This document shows positions 63,765 to 64,000 of a stretch of 64,000 nucleotides of DNA, piece by piece. Under the pieces are notes generated by a model that was not told the DNA's origin, did not search any database, and worked only from the letters and a program-made list of their open reading frames with translations. Source of the stretch: Pristiophorus japonicus (taxonomy: Eukaryota); NCBI RefSeq assembly GCF_044704955.1, contig NC_091993.1:117056001-117120000 (forward strand). The letters run 5' to 3'. The first letter of the stretch is position 1. Every line of letters starts with the position of its first letter. The translations under genes were made by a program, and so were the position numbers.

Positions 63765-63809
63765 CTGTTGGAACAGAGAGCAGTGGGTTGTGTCCTGACC
63801 ATGTATCCA

Positions 63810-64000
63810 AAGCTAATGGGGCTCGACAAGGTGGATGAAGAGAGGTTATTTCCACTCATAGGGGAAACTAAAACTAGGGGGCATAGTCTCAGAATAAGGG
63901 GCTTCCCATTTAAAACTGAGACGAGGAGGAATTTCTTCTCTCAGAGGGTTGTAAATCTGTGGAATTCTCTGCCCCAGAGAGCTGTGGAGGCTGGATCATT
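63810..64000 (+). mobile_element. CR1 LINE 3' fragment running off the window
   Basis: GLDKVDEERLFPLIGETKTRGHSLRIRG..FFSQRVVNLWNSLP. Confidence 0.85.

Overview
Repeat-dense vertebrate genomic DNA. The repeat families (HER1-like CR1 LINEs, HE1-like tRNA-derived SINEs, L2/RTE fragments, Harbinger derivatives) point to a shark or other cartilaginous fish. The host genes are two tandem minus-strand CD300/pIgR (CMRF35)-family Ig-V receptors, reconstructed by eye from splice sites and exon phases. Gene A (38.5-63.8 kb; 5' end outside the window) has at least two V domains, stalk exon(s), an uncharged TM and a Tyr-bearing tail with NPVY. Gene B (2.3-11.3 kb) has one V exon that is 5'-truncated by a nested MITE/hAT insertion, a stalk, and an Arg-containing activating-type TM; it is probably a pseudogene. 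The most unusual structure lies in a gene B intron: a solo LTR (5580-9671, TSD GGACC) containing five serial Tx1-like retrotransposon 3' pieces. They share one 5' junction, are separated by six copies of a 14-bp target (CAACAGCTCTACAA), and are ordered by decay and tail length. Other highlights are a CR1 copy with a strong sense-strand A>G (ADAR-like) signature, a full-length decayed Gypsy element, an inverted/rearranged Gypsy, a 4.7-kb hAT element with TSD, and a two-gene Harbinger. All gene models and family names are by-eye inferences without database searches.
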